A stretch of DNA of 64,000 nt, taken from Candidatus Bathyarchaeota archaeon. Lineage in GTDB: Archaea > Thermoproteota > Bathyarchaeia > Bathyarchaeales > Bathycorpusculaceae. Each line of letters opens with the position of its first letter. Within the stretch, counting starts at the first letter, position 1. Both the position numbers and the translations under genes were made by a program. The stretch is taken from NCBI GenBank assembly GCA_963707955.1, contig OY970176.1, positions 224,001-288,000 on the forward strand, written 5' to 3'. This document shows, piece by piece, positions 40,330 through 50,779 of this stretch. A model generated the notes under the pieces. That model did not search any database. It had not been told where the DNA came from and saw only the letters and a list, made by a program, of their open reading frames with translations.

Positions 40330-41304
40330 ATGAGGAGAATCTCCTACCGAGAAGCACTCCGTGAAGCCTTGAGAGAAGAGATGCGGAGAGACCCCACTGT
40401 GTTCTTGCTGGGAGAGGATATTGGCAGATACTGGGGCGGAGCCTTCAAGGTCACTGAGGGTTTGGCGGCGGAATTTGGGGACGAGAGGGTCAGGGACACG
40501 CCGATCTCTGAGTCAGCCATAATTGGGACGGCAGTAGGCGCTGCAATAACGGGCATGCGGCCTGTTGCAGAGATCATGTTCGGAGACTTGACTGCCCTTG
40601 CTATGGATCAAATCGCGAATCAAGCGGCAAAGATACGTTACATGTTCGGAGGCCAAGCGAGCTGTCCGATGGTTATCAGAACACCCTTCGGTGCAGGCGT
40701 CAACATCGCTTCCCATCATTCTCAAAGCTTGGAAGCATGGTTCATGCACGTTCCCGGATTGTACGTGGCTGTGCCTTCCACACCTTATGACGCAAAGGGA
40801 CTTCTGAAGACGGCCATACGCGGGAACAACCCCGTCTTTTTCTGCGAACACAAGATGCTTTACCCCGTTGAAGGAGACGTTCCAGAAGAGGAGTGCCTGA
40901 TTCCCTTCGGCGTCGCGGACGTTAAGAGGGAGGGGTCAGATGCTACGGTGGTCGCTACTATGTTCATGGTTCACAAAGCCTTGGCAGCGACTGAGAGCCT
41001 CGAAAAAGAAGGCATAAGCGTAGAAGTCGTCGACCCAAGAACCTTGACACCCTTAGACAAAAGAACGATCGTCAATTCTGTCAAGAAAACTGGAAGAATA
41101 GTTATAGTAAGCGAAGATTGCAAGACAGCTGGCGTGAGCGCAGAGATTGCGGCTGTGGTCGCCGAAGAAGCCATAGACTATTTGGATGCGCCGATAAAAC
41201 GCGTGACGGCACCGGACACACCAATTCCATTCAGCCCACCTTTGGAGCAGTTCGTAATCCCGAATGAGAAAGCGATAATCAGAGCCGTGAAGGAGGTTGT
41301 CTAG
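40330..41304 (+). CDS. pdhB: Pyruvate/acetoin dehydrogenase E1 beta
   Basis: GEDIG, DTPISE, RPVAEIMF, HHSQ, PYDAKGLL. Confidence 0.9.
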   Translation: MRRISYREALREALREEMRRDPTVFLLGEDIGRYWGGAFKVTEGLAAEFGDERVRDTPISESAIIGTAVGAAITGMRPVAEIMFGDLTALAMDQIANQAAKIRYMFGGQASCPMVIRTPFGAGVNIASHHSQSLEAWFMHVPGLYVAVPSTPYDAKGLLKTAIRGNNPVFFCEHKMLYPVEGDVPEEECLIPFGVADVKREGSDATVVATMFMVHKALAATESLEKEGISVEVVDPRTLTPLDKRTIVNSVKKTGRIVIVSEDCKTAGVSAEIAAVVAEEAIDYLDAPIKRVTAPDTPIPFSPPLEQFVIPNEKAIIRAVKEVV

Positions 41305-41305
41305 A

Positions 41306-42412
41306 ATGCCAACGACCGTCGTGATGCCCCGACTCAGCCTGACAATGAAGGTGGGCACCGTGGGCAAGTGGTACAAGAAGGAAGGCGAAGCCGTCGAAAA
41401 AGGAGAACCAATCGCGGAAATAGTCTCTGAAAAAGCGACCTACGACTTGGAAGCATCATCTTCAGGGATCATACGGAAGATCCTAGTCAAAGAAGGCGTC
41501 GATGCGCCTGTCAACGCGGTCCTAGCCGTAATAGGCACGCGTGACGAGACACTCCCTGAAATAGGGGCGCAGGCTGAAGCCCCCCAGACCGCCGAAACTG
41601 ACGGTGAGAAGCGAGTTGTTGCTTCGCCAGCAGCCAAACGTTTGGCAAGAGAACATAGGATCGACTTATCAAACGTACACGGAAGTGGCCCTGAAGGACG
41701 AATCGTAGAGGACGACGTCACTAGACTCATAGAACCGAAAGGCGGAACTCAGCCCAAGGTCAAAGAAGTCGTACCCTTAAGCGGTTTCAGAAAAACCACC
41801 GCAGAACGGCTTTCCATGAGCTTCAGGACAGCTCCGCACAGTGCGGTTGTGATGGAGGTTGATGTTTCCAAAGCCACAGGGCTTCATGAAAGACTCCAAG
41901 TATCCTATACCACCCTCATCATAAAGGCCGTAGCAACAGCGCTGACTGAAATGCCCATCGTAAACTCAACTCTCGAAGGCGACCGAATAAAAATCTTCGC
42001 GGACGTGAACGTGGGCGTTGCCATCGCCACAGCAAACGGCCTAGTCGTCCCAGTCATACGTAACGCGGATCAAAAGACCTTGAAAGACATTGACGCTGCA
42101 GTCTTGGAGCTAACCGAAAAGGCGCAGCTGGCAAAATTGTCGAGAGAAGAAGTGACCGGAGGAACCTTCACTGTCACTAACCTAGGCATGTACGGAGTCG
42201 ACTTTTTCATTCCAATAATCAACCCACCGGAAGCTGCTATACTCGCGGTTGGAAGAATCGCTGAAAAGCCGGCGTCAGTCAACGGCAAGGTCGAGGTCAA
42301 GCCTGTGATGATGTTAAGCCTCTCCTATGACCACAGGGTAATCGACGGCGCTCCTGCAGCCGAGTTCCTCCGAAAAATCAAAGACAAATTAGAGAATAGT
42401 TCGAGTTTCTAA
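41306..42412 (+). CDS. pdhC: Dihydrolipoamide acyltransferase E2
   Basis: Lipoyl domain SEKA, E3-binding ASPAAKRLA..GSGPEGRI, catalytic DHRVIDG. Confidence 0.92.
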   Translation: MPTTVVMPRLSLTMKVGTVGKWYKKEGEAVEKGEPIAEIVSEKATYDLEASSSGIIRKILVKEGVDAPVNAVLAVIGTRDETLPEIGAQAEAPQTAETDGEKRVVASPAAKRLAREHRIDLSNVHGSGPEGRIVEDDVTRLIEPKGGTQPKVKEVVPLSGFRKTTAERLSMSFRTAPHSAVVMEVDVSKATGLHERLQVSYTTLIIKAVATALTEMPIVNSTLEGDRIKIFADVNVGVAIATANGLVVPVIRNADQKTLKDIDAAVLELTEKAQLAKLSREEVTGGTFTVTNLGMYGVDFFIPIINPPEAAILAVGRIAEKPASVNGKVEVKPVMMLSLSYDHRVIDGAPAAEFLRKIKDKLENSSSF

Positions 42413-42542
42413 GAATAGCCCTTAACCGTTTGAAACATTCTGTGTCCTGTCCGACGCTTTCAAGGGCGCATGGAGGCTTTCTACGTAATCGTGCATTTGG
42501 AAAGTTTTAAGTGCCGAGCCAAAGAAAAGCCATTGAACTCAG

Positions 42543-43568
42543 ATGAAGGCCGCCGTATACTACAGTCCGCGGGACACACGGATAGAAGAGGTTGCTATAC
42601 CTGAAATCGGTGATCATGAAGTCCTCGTTGAGATGAAAGCCTGCGGGATTTGTGGTTCAGACCTAATGGAATGGTATCTCAAACCTCGCGCTCCTCTTGT
42701 CCTTGGGCACGAACCTTCAGGAATAATCGCAAAGAGGGGAAAGAAAGTTGAAGGGGTCAACCGGGGAGACAGGGTGTTTGTACATCACCACGTTGCCTGC
42801 ATGACATGCCACTACTGTCTGAACGGCGACTATACCTTGTGCGACCAGTTCCACAAAACTAACATCAAGCCCGGCGGGTTTGCACAGTTCTTCAAAGTTC
42901 CAGTTCCGAACCTTCAGCTTGACACCTTGAAAATCCCAGAACACGTGTCCTTCGAAGAAGCCACTCTTATCGAACCTGTCGGGTGCTGTGTGAGAGCGCT
43001 CAACAAGTGCAATTTCAAGGTAGAGGATTCAGTAGCGGTAATCGGCGCAGGGCCCACTGGGTTGATCCACACGGCTCTGTCAAAAATCTACGGCGCGTCA
43101 ACAACGATCGTGAGCGACCTGATAGACTTTCGATTGAATTTCGCGAGGAAGTTTGGAGCAGACGTGCTTGTCAATCCAAACAGTGAAGATTTGACAGCGG
43201 TCGTCAGGTCTGTAACTGAGGGCAGAGGTGTGGACATAGCGATCGTCACCGCACCGAACTTACAGGCGTACAGAGCGGGGATCAATGTTTGCAGGAAAGG
43301 CGGCAAGCTCTGCGTTTTCGCTCCCACCAATCCTGCCGCTCACTTACGAATGAGCCCGAAAGAACTGTTTTTCTCTGAGACCCAGATAATACCGTCTTAT
43401 TCAACGTCGCACTTGGAAACGCGAACAGCATTGCACCTCATCGAGTCCGGCAGGATAAAAGCAAAGGAGTTAATAACGCACCGCTTCAAGCTGGAAGACG
43501 CCGCAAAAGCTTTCAGAACAGCCCTGGAAAGCACAGAAAGCTTGAAAGTGGTCATCTTGAATAAGTGA
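42543..43568 (+). CDS. Zn-dependent medium-chain alcohol/polyol dehydrogenase
   Basis: CGICGSD, GHE, CxxCxxC..C, GAGPTG. Confidence 0.9.
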   Translation: MKAAVYYSPRDTRIEEVAIPEIGDHEVLVEMKACGICGSDLMEWYLKPRAPLVLGHEPSGIIAKRGKKVEGVNRGDRVFVHHHVACMTCHYCLNGDYTLCDQFHKTNIKPGGFAQFFKVPVPNLQLDTLKIPEHVSFEEATLIEPVGCCVRALNKCNFKVEDSVAVIGAGPTGLIHTALSKIYGASTTIVSDLIDFRLNFARKFGADVLVNPNSEDLTAVVRSVTEGRGVDIAIVTAPNLQAYRAGINVCRKGGKLCVFAPTNPAAHLRMSPKELFFSETQIIPSYSTSHLETRTALHLIESGRIKAKELITHRFKLEDAAKAFRTALESTESLKVVILNK

Positions 43569-43578
43569 AGGAGACGGG

Positions 43579-43998
43579 TTGCTTCCCATGAACGTTAGAA
43601 ACGAAGTGCAGAGTGTCATCTTTGATCAGAAAGACGGAAAACTTGTCATGCTGGTCCAAAAGAAGGACAGAAGGGCCGCTACTCCACACTGGAGACTTCT
43701 TAAGGGAGGAGTCAACGAGGGAGAAACAGAAGTTGAGGCGCTTAGGCGGGAGATTTTTGAAGAGACTGGTCTGAAGAATATCAAGATCATGGGTCAGGTC
43801 CACAAGTATGAGTTTATCTTCAACGAGGTTAGACACACGGTGTCCAGTTTCTTAGTGAAGGCAGACTCCAGAGAACCCGTGAGACTTCAGGAGTCAGAAC
43901 TTGCAGGTTACGCCTGGATGCAGCTTGAGAACGCCAATCGGCTGTTGTACTGGCGCAACGAGAAGGAAGCCGTGAGAAAGTTAAGCCAGTTTCCTTAA
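43579..43998 (+). CDS. NUDIX hydrolase
   Basis: GGVNEGETEVEALRREIFEETGL Nudix box. Confidence 0.9.
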   Translation: MLPMNVRNEVQSVIFDQKDGKLVMLVQKKDRRAATPHWRLLKGGVNEGETEVEALRREIFEETGLKNIKIMGQVHKYEFIFNEVRHTVSSFLVKADSREPVRLQESELAGYAWMQLENANRLLYWRNEKEAVRKLSQFP

Positions 43999-44040
43999 TT
44001 GCTGTGACGTTGACACTATTACTGTTCAGGGTGCTGAAAG

Positions 44041-45084
44041 GTGAGCGACGAAAGAATGAGGGCAGCGATGCTTTACGGCGTAACAGATCTGAGAGTGGAA
44101 GAGGTAGAGGTTCCGAAGGCCGGAGCTGGCGAGGTTCTTGTGAGAGTCAAAGCAGCGACAACATGTGGCACAGACCTGAAGATCTTTCAGAGAGGCTACG
44201 TTGAGAACGTGATAAAGCTTCCAACAATCTTTGGCCACGAGTGGGCGGGCGAAGCTGTTGAGGTCGGCGAAGGGCTCGAGTGGCCGAAGGAGGGCATGCA
44301 TGTGCGTGCCGGGAACAGCGCGCCATGCTTGCATTGTACGATGTGCCAGAAAGGCAAGTACAATCTTTGCGAGAACATGATTTGGCTCTGGGGAGCATAT
44401 GCAGAGTACATCAAGGTTCCAGCACGCATGGTTCTGGTGAACATGCAGGAGATCCCGCAAGGCGTATCCTACGAAGAGGCCGCGATCACCGAGCCTTTGG
44501 CATGCGTTCTGCACGGCGTTGAGGAAGCAGGGGTCAGAATGGGTGACACCGTTGCGATCATAGGTGCTGGACCAATAGGGCTACTTCACCTTCTAACCGT
44601 CAAGAAGATGGGCGTTGAAAAGACAATAATGATTGACCTTGTGGATGAGAGACTAGAGTTTGCTAAGAAGCTAGGCGTCGATGAGGCTATCAACGGCCGA
44701 AGAGAAAATGTAATACAAAGAGTCAGGGACCTTACAAGCGGGTACGGCGCTGACGTTGCAATAGAAGCGATAGGCCTGCCTGCAACTTGGGAGCAAGCAA
44801 TGAAACTGGCAAAGAAAGGCGGAACTGTCCTAGAGTTCGGCGGTTGCCCTCCTGGCACAGAGGTCAAGGTCAACGCTGAACAGCTTCACTACGGCGAGTT
44901 GACGGTTCTAGGCGCATTCCACACCACTCCTCTACATTTCAGAAAAGCTCTGAACCTAATAGCCTCAAGGACAATTGACGTGAGGCCGCTCATAACGCGG
45001 AGGATGAAACTTGAAGACATCAAAGAGGCTTTTCAGATTCTCTCAACCTCCAAAAACGAAATAAAGATCGGAATCATCCCATGA
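44041..45084 (+). CDS. Zn-dependent medium-chain alcohol/polyol dehydrogenase
   Basis: TCGTD, GHEWAG, CLHCTMC..C, GAGPIG. Confidence 0.9.
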   Translation: MSDERMRAAMLYGVTDLRVEEVEVPKAGAGEVLVRVKAATTCGTDLKIFQRGYVENVIKLPTIFGHEWAGEAVEVGEGLEWPKEGMHVRAGNSAPCLHCTMCQKGKYNLCENMIWLWGAYAEYIKVPARMVLVNMQEIPQGVSYEEAAITEPLACVLHGVEEAGVRMGDTVAIIGAGPIGLLHLLTVKKMGVEKTIMIDLVDERLEFAKKLGVDEAINGRRENVIQRVRDLTSGYGADVAIEAIGLPATWEQAMKLAKKGGTVLEFGGCPPGTEVKVNAEQLHYGELTVLGAFHTTPLHFRKALNLIASRTIDVRPLITRRMKLEDIKEAFQILSTSKNEIKIGIIP

Positions 45085-45088
45085 TCAA

Positions 45089-45523
45089 TTGATGGACAGT
45101 TCGAAGTCTGAAATCGCGGGCTACATTCTCAGAATAGCAACTGAACAATGGGTCGACCACGTTTTTGAAATGGCAATCTATTACACCAACATGAAAAGAA
45201 AGTGGAAGTCTGGACAAGCAATTCTATTCATTCACAAAACCAGAACTGGAGACGCATTCGTCGGTTACGGCGTGGTTGACCACATGGCCGAAAGTAGCGC
45301 GTTATCCGAAGAGGACAGGCTCGAATGCGAAAGAGGCAGTTGGAAAAGGGCCATAGAGTTCAAGTATGTCAAGCGGTTTGAGAAACCGTTGCTAGTCAAA
45401 CAGACGTTCTTGAAGGGCTCAAAACGTCACGGAAGATTCGTTCACGGCCTAGAACTCAACAAAAAACAATTGGAGCAGATCCTAGACCAGGCTGAAAAAA
45501 GTCCTCCTCACCAAAAGTCTTAA
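45089..45523 (+). CDS. EVE/PUA-like domain protein
   Basis: W..GQAILFIH...AFVGYGVV...IEFKYVKRFEKPL pattern typical of EVE-like folds. Confidence 0.55.
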   Translation: MMDSSKSEIAGYILRIATEQWVDHVFEMAIYYTNMKRKWKSGQAILFIHKTRTGDAFVGYGVVDHMAESSALSEEDRLECERGSWKRAIEFKYVKRFEKPLLVKQTFLKGSKRHGRFVHGLELNKKQLEQILDQAEKSPPHQKS

Positions 45524-45561
45524 TACATGTCATCCGCGAATGGCTAAGACGGAGAAGCCTT

Positions 45562-45928
45562 ATGGTTTACTGTACAAAATGTGGCAGCAAGAATCCTGAC
45601 GATGCTAAGGTTTGCTCACAGTGCGGAGCTTCACTGTTATGCAGTTGGTGAACGCGAGGGGCAGGGTCGAGTTGAGGACGAATGCTGGGGAACGCGCAGA
45701 GAGGGCGAACCTTACAGGCGGATGGAAATCGAGTGCTTCGGCATCCCCAGGGGCGGCGTAATCGTTGGGATAGCCATAGGCGTGATCATCTTACTCGCAG
45801 GTGTCATAGTGCTTATGCAACAAGCAGGCCTGATTTCTACTAGCGTCAGCGTTTGGCCGTTTGCCATCATAATCTTTGGAATACTGATAGTCATCGGCGC
45901 CTTGTACGGGCTGAGTCGAAGAAGGTAG
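45562..45928 (+). CDS. Zinc-ribbon plus 2-TM protein, apparent +1 frameshift near 45636
   Basis: MVYCTKCGSKNPDDAKVCSQCGASL, then a frame change to YAVGE..ECFGIPRGG.. and TM helices. Confidence 0.75.
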
Positions 45929-45932
45929 CGCT

Positions 45933-46646
45933 CTACTCTTTTTTTCGTTTGCATTGGTAGTTGCAAATCAGACAGATTCTCGAATGATCCCACTGTGAAA
46001 TGGCTATTCGTGTCATGATCCAAAACACGACTAGACCCATCATGTACAGGTCAACGAAAAAGTTGCCTATGTGTTGATCCATTCCAATCACAATCAGAGA
46101 GCTTCCGAACACGAAAAAGGCATTCGCGGCAGCGCGCATCCATCCCTTGAACGTGAACTGGATGAAACCGACTAGAGGTCCGAGCAGTCCGATCGCCAAG
46201 TATAGAAGGCTGAACCCTCCTATGGAAAGTCCCAAGAAAAAGTAAGCAACACTCATCGCCACAGCAAGAGAAGCTCCTACGACTAAGCCTGAGCACGCGG
46301 CGCAATACGAGGTGCGTCTGAACTGAATTGTATGGGCTGAGAACCTTCCACAGTTCGGGTGATGTGCTTTGGAGCCCACTGAGGACACGATTTTCGATTC
46401 CTGTACAGACGTTGCTTTGGGTACGTGAGTGTCGAACGACGTGGAGCATTTTCTCGGCGAAAGTGCAGCTGCGGTTCCTGCAACGCATATCACGATGAAA
46501 GTGGAGCCGATCAGCGGTTCTCGCAGAAAGAGGTCCGCTGAGACCTTCGGTGGATACGCCATCATCAACAACGTGGTAAACAGACCGAACAGCGAAACAA
46601 ACAGCGTAAATTTCATCATGAACGGCGGTCTTGTTTCGGTCTTCAT
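45933..46646 (-). CDS. Membrane protein with Cys/His motifs
   Basis: HHPNCGRFSAH, CAACSG, C-terminal CxxC, ~5 TM; ATGA overlap with the corrected radical SAM stop. Confidence 0.7.
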   Translation of the reverse strand: MKTETRPPFMMKFTLFVSLFGLFTTLLMMAYPPKVSADLFLREPLIGSTFIVICVAGTAAALSPRKCSTSFDTHVPKATSVQESKIVSSVGSKAHHPNCGRFSAHTIQFRRTSYCAACSGLVVGASLAVAMSVAYFFLGLSIGGFSLLYLAIGLLGPLVGFIQFTFKGWMRAAANAFFVFGSSLIVIGMDQHIGNFFVDLYMMGLVVFWIMTRIAISQWDHSRICLICNYQCKRKKE

Positions 46647-48081
46647 GCAGGGACGCCCACAAAAAGGCTCTTGAACTGTTCCAGCAGTGCCTTGCCCGCC
46701 ATGTACCTGAAAACCCTTCTTTTCAGCTGGTTGCTTGAGAACACGCCTGCAGTTTTCTTTTCCACGGGCCGTAGAAGCTTCTGTAACATTCATAAAGCTG
46801 TTCCTGCAACTCCGTTCTTGACAATGTTTCTGTCGGCATTATTGCGTGAACCATGTCGTAATGTGACCAGTTGAAGTCTTCGATCCACCCGTTTCGTCTT
46901 GCTTCCTCGTAGACTTGAGTTCCAGGGAAAGGCGTCAGAACGCCGAACATCACAAAGTCTGGGTCAAGAGCGTTCGCGAATTCTCTCTGCTTTCTTATCG
47001 ACTCGACAGTGTCCTTTCGTCCGCCTATTATGAGCATCACGTGTGCGAAGATGTCGTTCTCTTTGAGAAGTCTCACAGCTGTCTTTGCTTGTTCCGGGGT
47101 TATGTCCTTCTTAAACGCGTTCAACGTTGATGGTTCAGAGTTCTCAACGCCTAGAAGAACCCAGTTAAGCCCAGACTTCCGCAGTTTCGGCAGGGCTTCC
47201 TTGTTTCTGACTATGTCGTCGCATCTTGCCTGCACAAACCAGGTTGCTTTGTCGGATACCCTGGTTTTGATGATTTCGTCAGCGAGGTCGTTGGCACGCG
47301 TGCCTGCGCCGAAGTTGTCGTCTGTCAACCAGATGAACCTGCTGGCGAAGTTTCTGTGGCAGAATTCCATTTCGTTAGCAACACGCTTCGGCGACTTCAG
47401 CCTCCACGTTCCCTGCCAGTGCTTCCATTGCGTGCAGAAGATGCAGTCGTGCGGGCATCCTCTTGAACCTTCAATCAGCGCGTAGACCGCGTCGCGTCCT
47501 GCCATCATTGCAAAGTGATACTTACTCATGGTATGCTGTACGAGGTGATAGCCAGGGTACGGCAATTCCTCCAAATTCTCAATCAGCGGTCTGGGTGGAT
47601 TATGGATGATTCTTCCTCGCTGTCTGAAAGAGATGCCCATGATTTTCGGAAGATTCGATTTCTCTTTTGCCTTAGTTACGAGTTCAGCTAGGGTTCGTTC
47701 CCCTTCTCCGCGCACGATCACGTCTATCACGGGATATTCTTTCAGGCTTTCCTGAGCTGTTGCCGTGAAATGCTGGCCCCCGGTGACCGTGAGGATGTTT
47801 GGGTCCACTTTCTTGACCGTTTCCAGAGTTCTGGCGACCACGTACGTGTTGCAGGTGGCCAGCGAGCTCGATGCAACGATGTCAGGGCTGGATGCTACGA
47901 TCCGTTTCTCCATTCTGCTCCAATCCGCATGTTCTGCGTTGCAGTCGAGGATCTCGATCTCAACGTCCTTAGCTTCCTTCTCGACGTAAGCGGCCAGTTG
48001 AATAATTCCATAGGGTGGTGGCAGGTACTCACCCATGACGAACCACATGTCTTTAGGCGGCTCAATAAACATGATTTTCAT
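46643..48081 (-). CDS. B12-binding radical SAM protein, apparent 1-nt deletion near 46747
   Basis: PPYG, GGQH, GEGE, SRGCPHDCIFC, DDNF, TPFPGT; restoring the frame gives ..GVFSSNQLKRRVFRYMAG..VPA*. Confidence 0.88.
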
Positions 48082-48303
48082 TCTAACCCTTCTTTAGAAA
48101 TGTCCGCGTTTCTCTTCTAAGAATGCTGATTTGAGCGTGCTAACTGTCACAGGTCAACCTGTCCATGAGCTGCTTGGATGATTCGCTTCTTTCCCCGTTT
48201 CTGGTTCCCTTCGTGCTTGATCACTTTGTGGCAAGACGCTAGACGAAAGAGCTTAAATCCTGACTGGAGCCTATTCGTTGTCTCATTGCGGAAGGGGGAG
48301 CAA

Positions 48304-49932
48304 GTGGTTAAGTACGTTTTTGTGACTGGCGGCGTTCTGAGCTCTGTTGGGAAGGGGATTTTGACTTCTTCTATCGGCAAGATTCTTCAGGCAAGAGGGC
48401 TCAAGGTCAACGTGATAAAGATTGATCCCTACGTGAATGTTGATGCTGGAACGATGAACCCATACATGCACGGTGAGGTCTACGTGACGGATGACGGCGG
48501 CGAGACGGACCTCGACTTGGGCTGGTACGAACGCTTTCTCGACTTGAACCTGAAGAAGGAGAACAACATCACAACGGGCCTAGTGTACAAGGCAGTGATC
48601 GAGAAAGAGAGGAGAGGTGACTTCCTCGGAAGATGCGTGCAAATCGTGCCACATGTAACGAACGAGATAAAACATCGCATACGCGACGTTGCAAAAGACT
48701 CAGATGCTGATGTCATCTTAACCGAGGTCGGAGGCACAGTGGGGGACATTGAAGGTCTACCTTTTCTTGAAGCGATCCGGCAGATGCGTCTTGAAGAGGG
48801 CTATGAAAACACCCTGTACGTGCACGTTGCTCTGGTTCCGATATTGGATGTCACAGGAGAAATGAAGACGAAACCGCTTCAGCACAGCGTGAATGAACTG
48901 CGGCGGATCGGTATACAGCCAGACACGATCGTTGCGAGAAGCCCTGAGATGATCGACTCTGAGGCCCTTAGAAAGATCGCCCTTTTCGGCACGATACCCG
49001 AAAATGCGGTCTTCTGTTCGTACAACGTGCCGTCTATCTATCAGGTTCCTCTCATACTGGATGAACAGGGGATGAGCGATTTCATCTGCAAGAGGCTTGG
49101 GTTTTCAGAGCGATCACAAGACTTTAACGATTGGAGAAGCTTCGTGGACGCAGTCTTGAAGCCAGAGCACGAAGTGAAGATTGCTCTGGTAGGCAAGTAC
49201 GCGAACCTTGCTGACAGCTACGTGAGCATGAGTGAAGCTATGAAACACGCTGGCGCAGCGTGCAAAAGCAGAGTGTGTGTTGATTATATTGAAGCTGAGA
49301 AGCTTGAGCAAAATCCTGACTGCACGAAGATGCTTGAAGATGTTGATGGAATATTCGTGCCTTACGGCTTCGGTCCGCGAGGAACCGAAGGAAAGATAAC
49401 GGCGATCAGGTTCGCAAGAGAGAACGACGTACCATTTCTCGGCATATGCTATGGTTTCCAGCTTGCAGTGATAGAGTTTGCCCGTGATGTCTGCGGCTTG
49501 ACGGACGCGAACAGCACGGAGATCAACCCTAGCTCAGCCTATCCGGTGATCGACCTGATGCCTGAACAGCGGGGAATAGAACTCAAGGGGGCCACGATGC
49601 GGCTTGGTGCTCACAAAATAGTCGTCGAACCCGACACGCTAGCACATTGCCTTTACAACAGCGGGGAAGTCTACGAGCGACATCGCCACAGGTTCGAGGT
49701 CAACCTCGACTATTCCGAAACTCTTCGAAAGAATGGGCTGGTGTTCTCTGGAAAGAGCTCAGACGCGAGGAGGATGGAGATTCTGGAGTTGGCCGATCAT
49801 TTCTTCTTCTTCGCGTCACAGTTTCATGGAGAGTTCAAGAGTCGACCTGGGAGACCTGACCCAGAATACTACGGTTTCGTAAAAGCGTGTCTAGACAAAA
49901 AACAGGGCAGGCGGAAGCCTGAATTCAGGTAG
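48304..49932 (+). CDS. pyrG: CTP synthase
   Basis: KYVFVTGGVLSSVGKG, KIDPYVNVDAGTMNP, KTKPLQHSV, GICYG, ERHRHRFEVN. Confidence 0.97.
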   Translation: MVKYVFVTGGVLSSVGKGILTSSIGKILQARGLKVNVIKIDPYVNVDAGTMNPYMHGEVYVTDDGGETDLDLGWYERFLDLNLKKENNITTGLVYKAVIEKERRGDFLGRCVQIVPHVTNEIKHRIRDVAKDSDADVILTEVGGTVGDIEGLPFLEAIRQMRLEEGYENTLYVHVALVPILDVTGEMKTKPLQHSVNELRRIGIQPDTIVARSPEMIDSEALRKIALFGTIPENAVFCSYNVPSIYQVPLILDEQGMSDFICKRLGFSERSQDFNDWRSFVDAVLKPEHEVKIALVGKYANLADSYVSMSEAMKHAGAACKSRVCVDYIEAEKLEQNPDCTKMLEDVDGIFVPYGFGPRGTEGKITAIRFARENDVPFLGICYGFQLAVIEFARDVCGLTDANSTEINPSSAYPVIDLMPEQRGIELKGATMRLGAHKIVVEPDTLAHCLYNSGEVYERHRHRFEVNLDYSETLRKNGLVFSGKSSDARRMEILELADHFFFFASQFHGEFKSRPGRPDPEYYGFVKACLDKKQGRRKPEFR

Positions 49933-49950
49933 GCTTCGTGAAGCGCGTCA

Positions 49951-50400
49951 TCAATGGTTTGGAAACAGCTTCTTGTGTTCCACCATCATACACCTGTTCA
50001 TGACAACTGTTAAGCCTGCGGCTCTCGCAGTCGTTGCCGCTTGTTCGTTGATTATTCCAAGCTGCATCCAAACGACGTACGGTCTGTCGTAGCGTTCCTT
50101 CAGCTTAACCGCCTCTTCAACTATTGGCGGCACATCGGCGGAGGGCCTGAAGATGTCCACGATGTCTAGGGTCCTCTGAATTTCGGGCGGAATTTCAAGC
50201 AGACTCTTGTAGCTTTTCTCCCCTAAGACCTCGTCCGCGGTGGGGTTCACGGGAACGATGCGGAACCCTTGACTTTTCAAGTATTCAGCCACTCGGTGAC
50301 TTTCCTTGGAGGGGTCGCGCGACAGCCCCACAACTGCAACGGTCTTGTACTTGGTAAGGATTTCCTTCGCCCTGTCCTTGCTCAAACCCGCAACCTTCAA
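49951..50400 (-). CDS. CoA-binding protein (YccU-like)
   Basis: AVVGLS, VPVNP, DIVDIFRP, WMQLGI, MNRC. Confidence 0.9.
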   Translation of the reverse strand: MKVAGLSKDRAKEILTKYKTVAVVGLSRDPSKESHRVAEYLKSQGFRIVPVNPTADEVLGEKSYKSLLEIPPEIQRTLDIVDIFRPSADVPPIVEEAVKLKERYDRPYVVWMQLGIINEQAATTARAAGLTVVMNRCMMVEHKKLFPNH

Positions 50401-50779
50401 AGAGGCAATTGGTTGAAGGCCGCTTGTCGTACTTAAGGCATTCTTCTACGGTTTGGAGTGATTCATTTGACAAGCGCTCTAATCTCTAATAATGATTGTG
50501 TTTTCATAACTGCTTTATTAGGCAACAGATTCTTTGTTGAATGCTCGCCGTCCAAGGCAGCTCAACGAGGTTTGAACAAGAGGGATTATAATCACAACGA
50601 ATATACATCCTTCCAAGTTCAAACAGAAAACGACGCTTGCAGAGGAATATGCAGTAGTTCTTCTGTTCATTATCGCCGGCGTATCAGCATACGTAATAGA
50701 TTCGGAAGTTGACGCATTCATCTATCACGAGGGGACATTCTTTAATGTTCTAACTTCTATTTCGCTTGGCAACCTCCCT

